A DNA stretch of 63,924 bases, filler included, from Octopus bimaculoides (Eukaryota), in assembly GCF_001194135.2 (NCBI RefSeq). It is 7 parts of 7 records of this genome, joined end to end, with 100 filler letters (N's around TTAATTAATTAA, not from the genome) between each part and the next. Parts side by side here need not be neighbours in the genome. Positions count along the whole stretch, not along the records: positions 1 to 7,762 come from NC_068992.1; positions 7,863 to 12,273 come from NC_068982.1; positions 12,374 to 39,161 come from NC_068987.1; 4 more parts are not named here. One strand, 5' to 3'. The notes under the pieces are model-generated. The model had not been told where the DNA came from and did no database searches. It saw only the letters and a list, made by a program, of their open reading frames with translations. Below, in pieces: positions 1-14,365 of this stretch; position 1 is the stretch's first letter; each line of letters begins with the position of its first letter. Made by a program: the position numbers and the translations under genes.

Positions 1-1564
1 ATATATATATACATATATATATATATGTTTTCCTGTCTTGTTTTGTGTCCGCCACTACATTCCTCCATGGCAAGATTTAATTTGTGTATACAAATTTAAT
101 TTGCGGTCCATGCGAAGAGCCGTTTTAACGATGCGTCCTGCCCAGCTCTTCGAAACGCCGGTGTTAAAACGGGGGTAGCTGATGAAGAAGAATGTTCTCT
201 ATGTGGCTTGTGTGTTTTCTCGTCTACGTTTTGTTTGCAATGTCCTGTACCCAGATATGCACCTATACATACAGGTGGATGTCGGTATGCACATACCTGT
301 ACGTATATATGCATATACTCACTTACTATTTATATATATATATATATGGATGTATGTATTTATGTATGGATGCATGCATGTAAGTACGTATTTATGTGTG
401 TATATTTGTATGTCTCATGTATGTATGTATACAAAGATGGCTTGAAATTGAATGTTGCTCGTTGCAATCAAATTCAACAAACTCATGTCTTAAGCAAAAT
501 TTTCAGTTACTCTAAACTATATGCTGTACAGCATGTATTGAACACGAATCTGCCTTTCTTTCAATTCAGTTAACGTATTCTTATATATAGATATATACAC
601 ACACGCACCTACACACTCACATATACATATATGCATGTAAATATGATTGTCTGTGGAAATGTATATGTATGTCTTCGTATACATGTGCTTAGTATTTCAC
701 TATTGTGTATCTTAGAAGCCAGACAAATACAAAATATTAAAAGGAAATATTAAACAGGAAACTTAATCATTCACTCCCCTGTGGTCAATAACTTTAATTA
801 ATTTATTCATTAATATATACCGCTGATTAGTAGAATGCAAGATAATATTTTATATTTATTATATCTTCGTTTATCTGGTGAAACGTGTTCACTAGATAAA
901 TTCATTTGTATATGGAAATAGAACAAAGATCCATGCAAAGAACTGCTCAGTTGTCAGTATAACTTCTCTGTATCGACAGAAAGAATCATTTGTAGATTCC
1001 AAGAACATCAATTTAAATGTTAAATAAGACATGTATTCTGCATTTCTGCTTTTCGGTAATAATTCATTGTATTGTTGTAATAAATATGTTCACCAATGTA
1101 CAAGGCTGATCCAAACCAAGAGACATATACCAAGAGAATACGGGGGCACCCCCGCAACTACAGTGCTATTATTTAATTTGTTCTTGTTTTTTTTTAGTAG
1201 TTTATTTATTTAATTCTTTATGAAAAGTATTATTTTCAACTGCCTACAAACACAGTCAGGCTTAAATAATTAATGCATTACTCCAGGAGTGAATAGAAAG
1301 TTCTCAGACTTGAGGGGATGTACCCATTAGATACTAACATGGGCCCCCAGATATCGATTCTTATGGCGCAGGGTCCAAACTGGCAAACAGGCCAGTCCGC
1401 CATTGGACATATGTATATATATGTGCGCCATTTTGTGTATGTGCTTGTACGGATGGTTCTTAACTGTAGAAAGCGAAGTAGATAACGCTATAAATAGGAA
1501 CATGGGCGTATGGAGTTAAAAAGAAAAACTTTTGGACAGAAAAAGGATATATATATATATATAT

Positions 1565-1604
<40 letters not shown>

Positions 1605-1682
1605 TATGTGTTTCTATATGTATCACACTTTATATATACACACACGCATGCACATATATACATGCATACATACGCATACATA

Positions 1683-1724
<42 letters not shown>

Positions 1725-2893
1725 GATAGATAGATTGATAGATAGATAGATAGATAGATATGTACATGTATATATACATATATATTAGCCTACATATACA
1801 AAGCTATTTATATATACATATGTATATATTCATCCGACGCGTGCCTACATAACACGTGTGTGTATTTGTGTGTGTGTGTGTTTGCATGTGCGTGAGTGTG
1901 TTTGTTATGTGCACTGTGTGCGTGTGTGTTTGTGTCACTGTGCATTTACGTCTGCGTATATATCAATAATCTTGCAACATATGAATTTCAACCTCAAAGT
2001 TTGTACTACGAGAGTAATCTATGATCAGTACCGTTAAATCTAATATTTGCTATTCCCTGGTCAGTATTTAAATAATGTTATTATCTCCTGTGTTTCTAGT
2101 TGCCATGACAATATTCAAGCATTATCATTAATTGAGATGTTCTTATTTTACAGGTCAATATCTTCCTCTAAATATAGAAATTAACCCTGACATTATCTAA
2201 ACAACACACTTTAAACTGCTTCCGTTGTATTCCTAGGGTTGCCGTTCAAACTAGAACTAATAAATGTATTGCTTGTATTCCTACGTCAATAGCCTATTAA
2301 GCTATTGGTTGCATTTGATGTATTCCCCGGACAATATGTCTGTACAACAATGACCCTGTTTGTGGTATAACTAGAACAATAGTTTAGAGTGAGCAATTAA
2401 CCTTCTTGATGTAATTCAATGTAACTGATTCGATAAAGCGTATAATTGCATTGACTGCATTTTCAAAGTAATGACACGATTAAACACTGATCGACTATGG
2501 TTCCATTCTAAAGACCTTATGTAGCAACATGGATGGTAAAATACACATTACTGTGAACTGATTAACCACGATGATTTTAAATTAAAAAGTGTTTCGAAAT
2601 ACAACTGCTTCCATGAATATACTAATTCTGTGCTACCGAGAGCAACATGTACAACTCATGATTGTATATATAGGACAATATTTATACAACCCACCTCTAT
2701 TCACAACCACCTACACCAATCCCGAAGAGTTGGATACTCGAGTAACTATTGCTTATATGTGTGTGTGAGTGCGGGTGTGCGTGTTTATTGATAAATACGA
2801 GGTGCATTTCATAAGTTTTGAGGCGTTCATAAGAGAGTCAGTTATAACCCGCGCTCTTAACCATTACGCCATATGCCCGAGGGCATAATAATG

Positions 2894-2941
<48 letters not shown>

Positions 2942-3773
2942 CAACAACAACAACATCGAAAAATACCTTACGAATGAGAACCCAGGTTTGAAATTGCTCC
3001 AAGATAACTTCTCTCTTTCTTTCTACCTCTCTCCTTTCTGTATCTCATTTCTGCCACTGTATCTCATACACAAACACCCCCCACACACATACACACACAG
3101 AGATACACACACACATTCATGTGTGTGTGGTGTGTGCATGTGTGCATTTGCATGCATGTGTATGTCAGGGAGGTTCTGAAGCAATCCATAACGCTCTCCT
3201 TGTTACTACGATCCCATACAAAATACTTAGATTTGAGAAAATATTCTCTGCTCTACAAAGAACATTCCTCCCACATAACAATTTCTATTGTCTTCATAGT
3301 AAAAATAGGGTCCAGGTTTGTTCACAGTACAATATTACGGTATGAACAGGTTTATTGAGTTCCTCGTATCCGCAAAATATGTTTGTAAATACAACAGTTT
3401 AACACAAACTTAGTACAGAAAGTAATACTATTAATCAGAATATTTGATAAACTCTTCTGACTCAAACTATGGACATTTTGATAATACATACAAAATAGGC
3501 AAAGAAAAATCTTTGTGAAGAACTAGACTATTGAAGTCAATGATGATTACCCATGATGCCGCGTTTCAGTTCAGTTGTTCGTGAAAAGATGGTGGAAACT
3601 GTTCATGGATTTAATCATGATTTTCTGTGATCTTTCATTTGGAAATCCCAGCAACCTTTAACGGTGTTCTCCACCAGAAAATATAATGCAATTTTCATTC
3701 AGAATATTGTAATACGCTCACTCAGTCCCCACCTCTCACTCCCTCTCTTTCCCTTTCTCTCTCTCTATCTCTC

Positions 3774-3805
<32 letters not shown>

Positions 3806-4308
3806 GCACACACACACTTTCTCTCTCTTTCTCTCTCTTTCTCTCTATTTTTTCTCTCTCTCACTCACGCACACAGACACACACACGTGTACGCACACAC
3901 ATACACACGCATATATATGCACACATACATATGCACATACACACACAAACACAAATGTATATATATTTATTAATATATATGTCTAATTATACATAGACAC
4001 ACACATTTATATACGTCAGAGAATATACACATGGTTGCACACAGAGACGCAGAAATACAAGTGTTTGAGAGCTGACACACATATTGTTTATTTATGTATT
4101 TATGTATACACATATATGTGTTTGTCGTATGTCGTATGTAAATACATCAATATGTGCATACATATACATACACAAATATTACGAGTGTTAACACACACAT
4201 TTCAGATACACATACATACATACATACATATACATATATATATTAAGAAAGAGAGAGGTGAAGGACACATTCACAGACATACACACACACGTATATATAT
4301 ATATGTAA

Positions 4309-4339
<31 letters not shown>

Positions 4340-6380
4340 CATATATGTNNNNNNNNNNNNNNNNNNNNNNNNNNNNNNNNNNNNNNNNNNNNNNNNNNNN
4401 NNNNNNNNNNNNNNNNNNNNNNNNNNNNNNNNNNNNNNNNNNNNNNNNNNNNNNNNNNNNNNNNNNNNNNNNNNNNNNNNNNNNNNNNNNNNNNNNNNNN
4501 NNNNNNNNNNNNNNNNNNNNNNNNNNNNNNNNNNNNNNNNNNNNNNNNNNNNNNNNNNNNNNNNNNNNNNNNNNNNNNNNNNNNNNNNNNNNNNNNNNNN
4601 NNNNNNNNNNNNNNNNNNNNNNNNNNNNNNNNNNNNNNNNNNNNNNNNNNNNNNNNNNNNNNNNNNNNNNNNNNNNNNNNNNNNNNNNNNATACCTTTAT
4701 ATACATAAATATATGCGTGTGTGTGTGTGTATGTGTGTGTGTGTAATGTATATATACGTTTCTTTCTTCGTTTATGAAGGCATGTATATCTGTTTTTGTG
4801 TGTGCGGGCGTTTGTATATATACAATTACACACTTACAGCATATATACAAATATATATATATATATATGTATATATATGTATATGAGTTTATGTTACCTT
4901 GGTGATTTAATTAGTGCAGGAAATGTTTGTACTGAAAGTTTGGTCACTTGGGTATAAGAGATCTGTAGTGCAGTTGTTTAGAACTAGAGTCAGTAACTCT
5001 CTCTTCTCCCCCCTCTCCTTCTCTCTCCTTTCTCTTACTGCCTCTCACACGTTATCTCTTTTTCTCCCTCTCTCGTCCACTCTCTTTTCTTTTCTTTTGT
5101 TTAGATCTCCCTTCAAGTAAAATACTGGCTGGTAGATTGTTTTGCATATAGTTTTCCACATGTTTTTGAAAGACAAGAATTCGTAAAACTGTTGTGTTAC
5201 TTGGACGTAACATAATACATAGATATACATATTGTAAACAACATTACGCTAATAGCGATACGTTGAAATGGATCACATTGTGATACTAAAATATAGTAAG
5301 AGATAAAAAATACTTTATTATAGTATGACAGTATACGGGGAAGATCCATGTATCGTGAAATCTTTTCGGTGCTACATCGTGGAGTTAGAGGAAAATGCTT
5401 GGAAAGTTTGATGTCACACAAAAGTAATATATGGCAATTGTACACAGTGGGGTGTAACACAGAATCGACACATGGTTACAAATATCATTGTTGTATATTA
5501 AGTCCAGAAAGAAAAGTGTGTTTTTTTTTGGGGGGGGGGTATATAAAAAAGAATTGTTCCCAGTATTGCAATCCAATACAGAATTTAGCAATGGCAGACA
5601 CTGTGTGATATATGACGTATAATAGACAGAAATTTACGCAAAGAAACAGAAATAAGAAATGACGCTTAGAAATCACTCGGAAATCACGTGATCTGGTTGT
5701 TCCAGCAATGAAAGTAGCGGTGATTTTCTGCCACTGACGATAGCTATGATGTGCTTTCATGCATCAGTTAACCATGTGAGAGTTTTCCCTCTTGGTAAAA
5801 AAAAATATTGCTGTATTTCTGTGTTATAAGGCAACATCCACTTTTGAGTGGCGATCATTTTACCTTTAGATATTAATACAGCCTGTGTCGCTCTATTTAT
5901 TATATATGTATATGTGTGTGTGCGTGTAGGTTTCTATGAATGCGTGTTGTGTGTGAGAAAGAGAGAGTGTGTGTGTGTGTATGGAGGCTGTGGCTTAAAA
6001 GTATTGGACATATGACCGTAAGACTCTGGTCTCGATTCCTCCCCGAGTGAACACTTTCCTATTGCTCCAACTCACTCATCTAGCAAAAGTGAGAAAACCT
6101 GCGATGGACATGCACCTCGTTCAGCGGGAAATATATGCACGACAGGAGGTGGAATGCTAGCCCTCCAGATCTAACTTACTCGGGCAAGGGTTTTTATTCT
6201 CTTTTTGCCTCTGTGCATATNNNNNNNNNNNNNNNNNNNNNNNNNNNNNNNNNNNNNNNNNNNNNNNNNNNNNNNNNNNNNNNNNNNNNNNNNNNNNNNN
6301 NNNNNNNNNNNNNNNNNNNNNNNNNNNNNNNNNNNNNNNNNNNNNNNNNNNNNNNATATATATATATATATATATATATA

Positions 6381-7217
6381 CAGAGGCATAGCTTAGCTTA
6401 ACTCGTTTCAATTTGAGTCGTTCCCGATTATACGTGGGTTTTCAAAAATAATACATAGAAAAATAAATATCAAGTTAAGTCATTATTCTCGATTTTACAT
6501 CTGTCCGCCACAAATATTAGAATCGTAAAATCACTAGAAAATCGTTAAAAGCACATAAAATCATGTTACTGTACAATAAATAAGAATAAAAGCATATAAA
6601 ATTACATTAAAATATGTACAGTAAATGTTAAGTTACACAGCATATAGTGGTGTTGCTTAGTGAACGAAATCATGAAATCATCTGTTGTCTTATTTATCGG
6701 TCTATCGGAGCTCCTATTGCACTGTAGTTCCGATATCTACCAGTAGGCACCATTGTCACTCGTGACTGCTGCGATTGTTTTGAATTCAGATTTGATTACA
6801 TTTTCTTCTCGGCTACTTTCTCATTCTCATTCGTTTGTGACTTTATGTTTTGCTCCCATGGCTCCTAAGAAAATTCATTGTGAAAATGCTAAGCTTCATG
6901 CTATGACGCTGGAAGATAAACTAACCACGATGAAACGCCATAAAAAAAGTGAAAATTTAGTAGCAATTGCACGATCTTTTGGGATGAGTCGAACAACTTT
7001 ATGGACGATTGTGCATGGTAAAGACAAGATTTTAACACACGGTTTTTATTATTCATGTATTTTTGAAAATGCATTCATAAATAAAGTACATAACTGTGAA
7101 TAGTTATTATCGGTTTAGCTTAGAAATAGGTAAATTCGGCCTAACTTGGAGATACAATAATTAGACTTAAATCGTGTCTCCTGGAACCAATTAACGACGT
7201 AGGTTGAGGTAAGCCTG
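6381..7217 (+). mobile_element. Tigger/pogo-like internally deleted DNA transposon
   Basis: Degenerate ~25-bp TIRs (cag[ag]gcatagcttagcttaactcgtt vs reverse complement caggcttacctcaacctacgtcgtt) flanked by TA. 6858-7030 encodes MAPKK...MTLEDKLTTMKRHKKSENLVAIARSFGMSRTTLWTIVHGKDKI, like the CENP-B/psq N-terminal HTH of Tigger transposases. Confidence 0.75.
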
Positions 7218-7716
7218 TATATATAACTAAGCATAAGAAGATAGAAAACTCCAGTAGTTGGAGTATATTATAAGGACACTTTCCTTTGGAAAATATGTAA
7301 TTAGATACATCTGGTATTAAACACACATACACTACACACACCACATATATGTGTATGTTTATATGTATATTTATGTCCATATGTATATAGTACAAACATA
7401 TCAAGTACATGTACATATATACGGGGGAGGGTGCAACTATAGCGTACTGTTGAAAAATATACAGTGCATTAATGTATCAATAAGAATATATAATACCATT
7501 GACGTACATAAATACAAAGGAAGACAGGGATTCTGAGAGAAAGAAAGACATACAGAGGCTGTAGACTTATATTGTTCGTTACTAAGACGGCGAAGACAAA
7601 CAGCAAACATTCGCTTTTTGAAACACGTATTTTACATACGTTGTTTGATAACCAGACTCCAAAGAATCGGTCTTAATTATTTCCGTAGTATATATCAATA
7701 TGTATGTGTATGCATG

Positions 7717-7762
<46 letters not shown>

Positions 7763-7806
7763 NNNNNNNNNNNNNNNNNNNNNNNNNNNNNNNNNNNNNN
7801 NNNNNN

Positions 7807-7818
7807 TTAATTAATTAA
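7807..7818. other. Artificial six-frame-stop linker TTAATTAATTAA inside a 100-nt gap
   Basis: The same 12-mer centred in 44N+12+44N blocks occurs at 7807, 12318, 39206, 41117, 51405 and 62802. Confidence 0.9.
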
Positions 7819-8014
7819 NNNNNNNNNNNNNNNNNNNNNNNNNNNNNNNNNNNNNNNNNNNNATATGTGATCACCATGTCATGCACATATGGTTGTGATG
7901 CATGTGCCTGGTGTACCCTTATCAGACGGATAGTCATGATGGGTATAACGGGCTTGTTATGTTTTACCCCAGTGTCACTTTGATGGCATGCACTGCTCTC
8001 TCACTCGATGATAA

Positions 8015-8045
<31 letters not shown>

Positions 8046-8313
8046 TCAAGCTGTCTGTAAATTACCTTTACAATTTGGAAAATTCGGAAAAAAATAATGA
8101 GGCTAACTCAGCAGAGTTTATTGGCAAAGAAATAAAATTTTATTAGAAACACGAGAACACTTGCACATGGGCTCCATTGGTTGAAAGCATTACATCTAGG
8201 CGATACAATGCAATACATTACGGAAGTTGTAAAGGTAATTTATGAACTTCCTGCAATGATGTATGAAAGAAATCTTTGATTATTATACTCAAAACAAAAA
8301 TATTGACACTCAC

Positions 8314-8466
8314 CATGCATTCGTAAGAATTCGTTTCTTTTCGGTTCACGCATCTTGCAAGTGGGTGGCACTCTTCATTTGTTGGACAACTGTTTGATTG
8401 TTTAAAGCATCCTCGCGTTTGGTTTCCAACGTAGCCTGTGTTACACTCACCACACCTAAAACCTCC
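8314..8466 (-). CDS. tsp: Thrombospondin internal exon: GGFRCGECNTGYVGNQTRGCFKQSNSCPTNEECHPLARCVNRKETNSYECM (end of cbEGF and start of the last EGF)
   Basis: 153-nt open phase 0/0 exon with acceptor tccttgcttgaaaatttAG and donor GTGAGT. The spliced product gives C-I-N-x4-F-x-C (beta-hydroxylation consensus) and the thrombospondin-type CGxC..GYxGNQxxGC then CP...ECH..A.C pattern. Not in the ORF track. Confidence 0.92.
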
Positions 8467-9763
8467 CTAAATTTTCAAGCAAGGAGTAAAAAAAAAAAAA
8501 TTATAATAGAAATTTGTGATGGCAACTATGGCTACAAATTTGTTGGAATTCACAGGTGATTATTATACGTTTATTAAGATAATTAATTTGGTTAAAACAT
8601 TTTTTATTATTGGAATATGAAAAAAATATTCAGTAAAAAATGAAAATAATAATTGCATATGACAAAAATTTTCCCCTCAGTAAGTACAGGAGAGAATTCT
8701 TGAGGTTTCACCTTTATTTGTGATCGTCAGTAGAAGCAGAACATTATTTTAACTGTTTATGTTTTAATAATTAAATCATTAGATAAATTTGTACGACTAT
8801 ATATTTGCAAGCTTAGAGAAAAAAATTGTTTAAATATTTTAGATCACTTTCATACAACAGCTTAAAACTAAAATATGTCATGTTAAATTTCGTCTCACAA
8901 ACGACTTATTATTTTAAAAGGGGTCTCTCTTTAGCTCTCTCTGTCCATTTACAAGCCTCATTACTTTGAGCATAAGCCCAGAACTTATGTTGAAACAGAT
9001 GAGAGAGGAGACTCATCCCCTACTGGGTTGGATGCTCTTACATCGCAGGTAATTTTTAAAAAACATGTCTTGAGATGCTTAGTTACGGTTCTTAGCTTTT
9101 CTTTTATTTTTCTTTAGCCAAAGTCCCGCTAAGAGGTATTGCGTTGTGTTAGGAATCAATTTTACAAGCTACACGAATTGAACTCAGCACTTTCACGAAA
9201 CTACAGTAAAATAGTAACTAAATGGATCTCCGTCGTTTCTGAAGATAAAGATTCAGTTGTTCCATCAACTGAATTACCTGAATAGTATGTAAATGGTTGA
9301 GTATTCCTCTGGCACATATACGCTTAACATAATTCTCAGGCAGATTCAGAATGACGCAGTGTGTATGACACGGCTATACTTTTAAATAAAAGGTAAAATC
9401 CACCCAATGGGGTTCTGCACCCATTCCGTCTGCTCAGTTTCCCTCTCAAGGATTGACTTGAACTGTATTATTAGTAGACGACATTTGTCTAAATTTCAAC
9501 GTAATGGGATTGAACACGGTGCCTCGTGATTGCGAAGCGAATTTCTTACAGGCTTGTTGTAGCCCATCGTGTGGTATCTACTTTGAGTAGTGGCTCTTAA
9601 GCGGCCTGCCGCAAGAGGTATCTCACTGTAGTGAAAGAAATTTCTAGATGCGTCGCAGAAAATTCGTATAATGCCTATCCATTAGTATGGATCTGTAAAT
9701 CGAATTATTTATAATTGTGTATGTATGTATGTATGTATGTATGTATGTATGCATGCATGCATG

Positions 9764-9797
<34 letters not shown>

Positions 9798-10345
9798 TGT
9801 ATATACGTATGTATGCATGTATATACGTATGTATGTATGTATAAATGTATGTATGTATGTATGTGTGTATGTATGTATGTTCTCTTCTGTTGTTAATTAT
9901 CTAAATTCTTCCTCTGAAGAGGTAGATGGTTTTTAACATCGTTGGAATGTAGATAACGGAAATAGTGTCACATTTTAAACTTGAGAAAAGTTTTGAATAT
10001 TTTTACTGTTCCATAAACGGATTTTATTTGTAATGTGCGAGTTAGTTGGTTCATTTCTTTTTCTGAAAATCCAAGCTTATCCAGACTGTCAAACTGTCAC
10101 AAAACCAAGTGCACCAATTACTATTGGTATAAATGTAAGTTTTTAATTTGGATATAGAAGCTGGCGGTTTCGAAATAGTTGCCAATAGTTATCCTATTTT
10201 TGTATGTATGTATGTATGGTGTTAGGTTGGATGTTGAATATTGGGAGCAGATGACGGAACATCGATCGGTTTGTAAAAAGTGATCTGGAATGGTTAAGCA
10301 TTTGAAACACGGAGAATCGAACTTCGTAAGTAGAACTTATATATA

Positions 10346-10381
<36 letters not shown>

Positions 10382-10716
10382 TGTATGTATGTGTGGTGTG
10401 TGTGTGTGTGTGTGTGTGTTTGTGTTTTTGTGTGTATGTGTGTGTGCGTGTGAGTGGCTGAGTGAGCGTGCGTGTATGTGTATATAATATATGTATATGT
10501 ATATATATATATGACACAGGTTTCTGCACAGCTGTCGTTTACCAAATTCACACATAAGATATTGATCGGACCAGTGCTAGCTGTCTAAGATGCTCGGCAA
10601 TGAGACTAAACTCTAAACCACTTGTTTGCGAAACGAACCTCTTAATCACATACCGATACCTGCTACATGCACTTTATGTTAATAAAAGCATCTAAACAAT
10701 TATCAAAAGTAATTAC

Positions 10717-10791
10717 CGGTAGATTTATGCATCTTGAATTGGGTACACAACCTCCATTGTTCATTTTGCATTCGTTGATATCTTCGCAAAT
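10717..10791 (-). CDS. tsp: Thrombospondin (subgroup B/COMP-like) internal exon, first half of a calcium-binding EGF: ICEDINECKMNNGGCVPNSRCINLP
   Basis: 75-nt phase 0/0 exon with acceptor tatttcttttttcaatcAG and donor GTAATT. It carries the D-I-N-E-C cbEGF signature and a CVPNSxCIN motif like THBS3/4/COMP, and joins in frame to the 8314-8466 exon. Confidence 0.9.
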
Positions 10792-11055
10792 CTGATTGAA
10801 AAAAGAAATATATATATATATATATATAAAATATTTATCAATTTTTATAGGTAAAAGTTTGACAGTGATCACCAAGTTTCGGTTTATTAGCAGACGACAT
10901 ATAAAAATGATGTGAATAACCATAAAAAATATACACAACAAAATGAAATAAAATTACTGTCTAATTTTTATGTAATCTATGTTGACAATAAAAAGCGATT
11001 TCACATATATACATGGTAGAAGTCAACCCGCGGCCGAATAAGACTACTTCCTAAA

Positions 11056-11110
11056 CGCAGTAAGTCCAAGCAATGTTCCAAGAATCCAAGCAATGTTCCA
11101 AGAATCCAAG
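11056..11110. repeat. Short tandem duplication of a 20-mer (ccaagcaatgttccaagaat)
   Basis: Two exact consecutive copies. Confidence 0.85.
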
Positions 11111-11956
11111 AAATTTTCGTGATTGAATTTTTTTTGAGTGCACAGCACTGAACCTGCAGTCAGTTGTAAAACCAGCGGCAGAACGATTAGAAACCGACTG
11201 CACTTGCTTTTTCTTTTCTTTTTTTTAATATACGAGTTTATCTTCTCCTAGAAGGAAATTCTAATGAGAACTGGGGTTTTTCACTCCTAATGGTTCAATG
11301 TGAAACCAACATTTACTTGCTTTTATTTGTAGCTTTATTCAAATTCTGCCAAGGTCGACTTTGCCTTTCATGCTTTCGGGGTCAATGAAATGAGTACCAG
11401 TTGAGCCGTGGGGGTCGATGTGATTGACTTACTCATCCCCCAAAATTTCTGGCCTTGTGCCTTTAGTAGAAATGATTATTTATAGTTTTATATGTTCTTC
11501 GAGATCCACTTATGGGGCTATAACAGAAGATACTTACTCAAGGGGCTGCACAGTTTGACTGAACTCATAACCATGTGGTTGCAATGCGAGTTTCTTAACC
11601 ACCTGGTCACCCTTACGCCTATACCTATATCAAGATGAGAAGCGCCAAGTCACATATGATCGTGTCATTGGAAGAAACGTTCGTTGTTATTGAAAAATTA
11701 CACTGTACGCCGAATGTATCGCGTTATATATTGTATTATAGTATTTTTTTCATCACGTTTTCTGTCTTAAATGACATGTCTTTATATCTTAATAACTGCG
11801 TTTGTAATTTTCTTTAGCACTCTGGAAATTTTGTTTTGATTTTTTTTAGTGCTCCCAGCTTATAACGGTTTAAAGTTGTACATCTCGTACAATTAATTAG
11901 TGTCAGACCAGACTGTCTTGACATAACATAATAAAAAAAAATCTTGTCCCATTCTG

Positions 11957-11992
<36 letters not shown>

Positions 11993-11997
<5 letters not shown>

Positions 11998-12273
11998 GTA
12001 GTATATTGCCACTTAAGTGTGACTGACCCCTAGGGGTGGATGTTACTGTTGCTTTTAGCCCCAGGAGGACATCTCCTCCAGCTGGCTTATCGACACACGA
12101 CTGTGTCCTGTTTGCCAAGGGAAGTTATCCCTCTCACCTCGATCTGCAGCACGAACGTATCCGGATTTCAGGGTTATTTCCCTTCGTCGGCGTTCGACAG
12201 CTGATGACCTTGGTGAGAGAGACAAAAACCTGGCAAACTTATATCTTCTTTTCCAGTGAAATTCTTCACTGAT
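11993..12273 (+). mobile_element. Probable 5' end/UTR of a young non-LTR retrotransposon, abutting (TA)n
   Basis: The start aaagtgtagtatattgccacttaagtgtgactgacccctaggggtggat recurs in reverse at 51461-51510, again next to (TA)n and a 100-nt gap. It lies upstream of an R4/Dong 3' end across the gap. Confidence 0.45.
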
Positions 12274-12373
12274 NNNNNNNNNNNNNNNNNNNNNNNNNNN
12301 NNNNNNNNNNNNNNNNNTTAATTAATTAANNNNNNNNNNNNNNNNNNNNNNNNNNNNNNNNNNNNNNNNNNNN

Positions 12374-12951
<578 letters not shown>

Positions 12952-13007
12952 GTGATGTTTTTTTGTTGTTGTTTCCCTGGTATATGCTAATATAGTTTGC
13001 AGATATG

Positions 13008-14235
13008 CTATCTTAAGCTTGGGTGAGAACAAGTCTCCTTAAATCTAAAGAATCTTTCTTGAGATTCTTGCAGAATATTGAATGGCATTTTCCTGCTGGG
13101 CAACAATGCGAGTTTCAATTCCAACATTGTAAGTGTTGTACCAAGTGCACCAATTACTACAAGAATAATTGTTGATTTGGTCTTCCACAGACCCCTAAGC
13201 TCTCTTGCTAGATCTTGATATTTCTCAATTTTTTTTTCAATTTCTTTAGCAACGACTATCATAGGTAATTGCAAAATCTATGATGTTACACACTTAGTTT
13301 ATTTGGTCCACTATAATCATATCTGGTATTTTTGCTTCAGTGGCACGGTCAGTTTTTATGGGAAACTCTCACATGATCTTGTAATTCTCAATTTCAGGTG
13401 AATGTTCATACAGCTTTTTTATTGTTTTGAAGCAACACACTCGGCTGACATACCAATGCACTCTTCTGCCTACACAGTCATGGCTGTGCTTATACTCGTT
13501 TTGTGATCGTATACTGCACTCACTCAAAATGTCATTAATACTTTTGTATCCTTTCCTGCAAATTCTACATTTGCTTTGTGATTTAACTTTGTCATCTATG
13601 CCTTTATCAGATTTTGTTTCTAAAGGCTTGTTCCCGACCGGTTATAATAAGCGTTTCTGTCTCTCGTTTCAAGTTCCCACCCGTCAACCAAACCCAGCGA
13701 TCTTTACTTCCAACATTCTCGAATTGTTGCATGAATCATCCGTGAAATTCCATTTCTTTGCATTTGTTTGTTCTGCTGTACTTCATTTCGCCTACTTGAA
13801 TTCTTCTATTGTTTCAATCACTTTTCAAGTGTCTTTGGCTGCCGAAAGTATTCCTTCTTTACTCTGCACAGCATAATTTTTCAGATCCAGTGCCGCAGTA
13901 CTAACAGTGTCTTTTACGCTTAGAAATCCCCTACAACCTTGCTTTTTTGGTAGAGTCAGTCGGTGTTACATTTAGGATGGAAAGCTGCGCATTTTGAGTA
14001 GCTTCCTAGCTCTTCTATTGAAGTTCTGCATCTCAACCATTATCCATTTCAGAAAGGGAGCAGAATATCTCAGTACTAACATAACCCATGAATGATGTTC
14101 CCACCATATAATTCATTTTGAGCACCTTCCTAATTTACCTCTTGTATTCTTTAGTGACTTTCTCTCTCATTTCTCCTTCCATTATCCTATCGTCTTGCAG
14201 CACTTCTAAGTATTTATATCCCTAATTGTTCGCCA
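13008..14235 (-). mobile_element. Degenerate R4/Dong-like LINE (post-RT region to RLE domain)
   Basis: Minus-strand frames give KYLEVLQDD.. and KIEKYQDLARELRGLWKTKSTIILVVIGALG (RLE C-terminus), with stops and frameshifts. Confidence 0.75.
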
Positions 14236-14365
14236 CTTAAATAGGAATATAAAAATACATTACGAAACATATATCATAAACAATTCATAATTATTTATAA
14301 ATATATCAATGGCCAAAGCATGTAATGATAAATTTCTTAAAAGAAGTGTGAATAATTATGAGTAA

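Noticed and set aside
100-260. ctgatgaag/cgaaac-containing segments here, at about 22790-22940 and at 45530-45650, resembling Penelope-like termini
   Set aside because: Only short motif resemblance; no GIY-YIG or RT sequence nearby to support the call.
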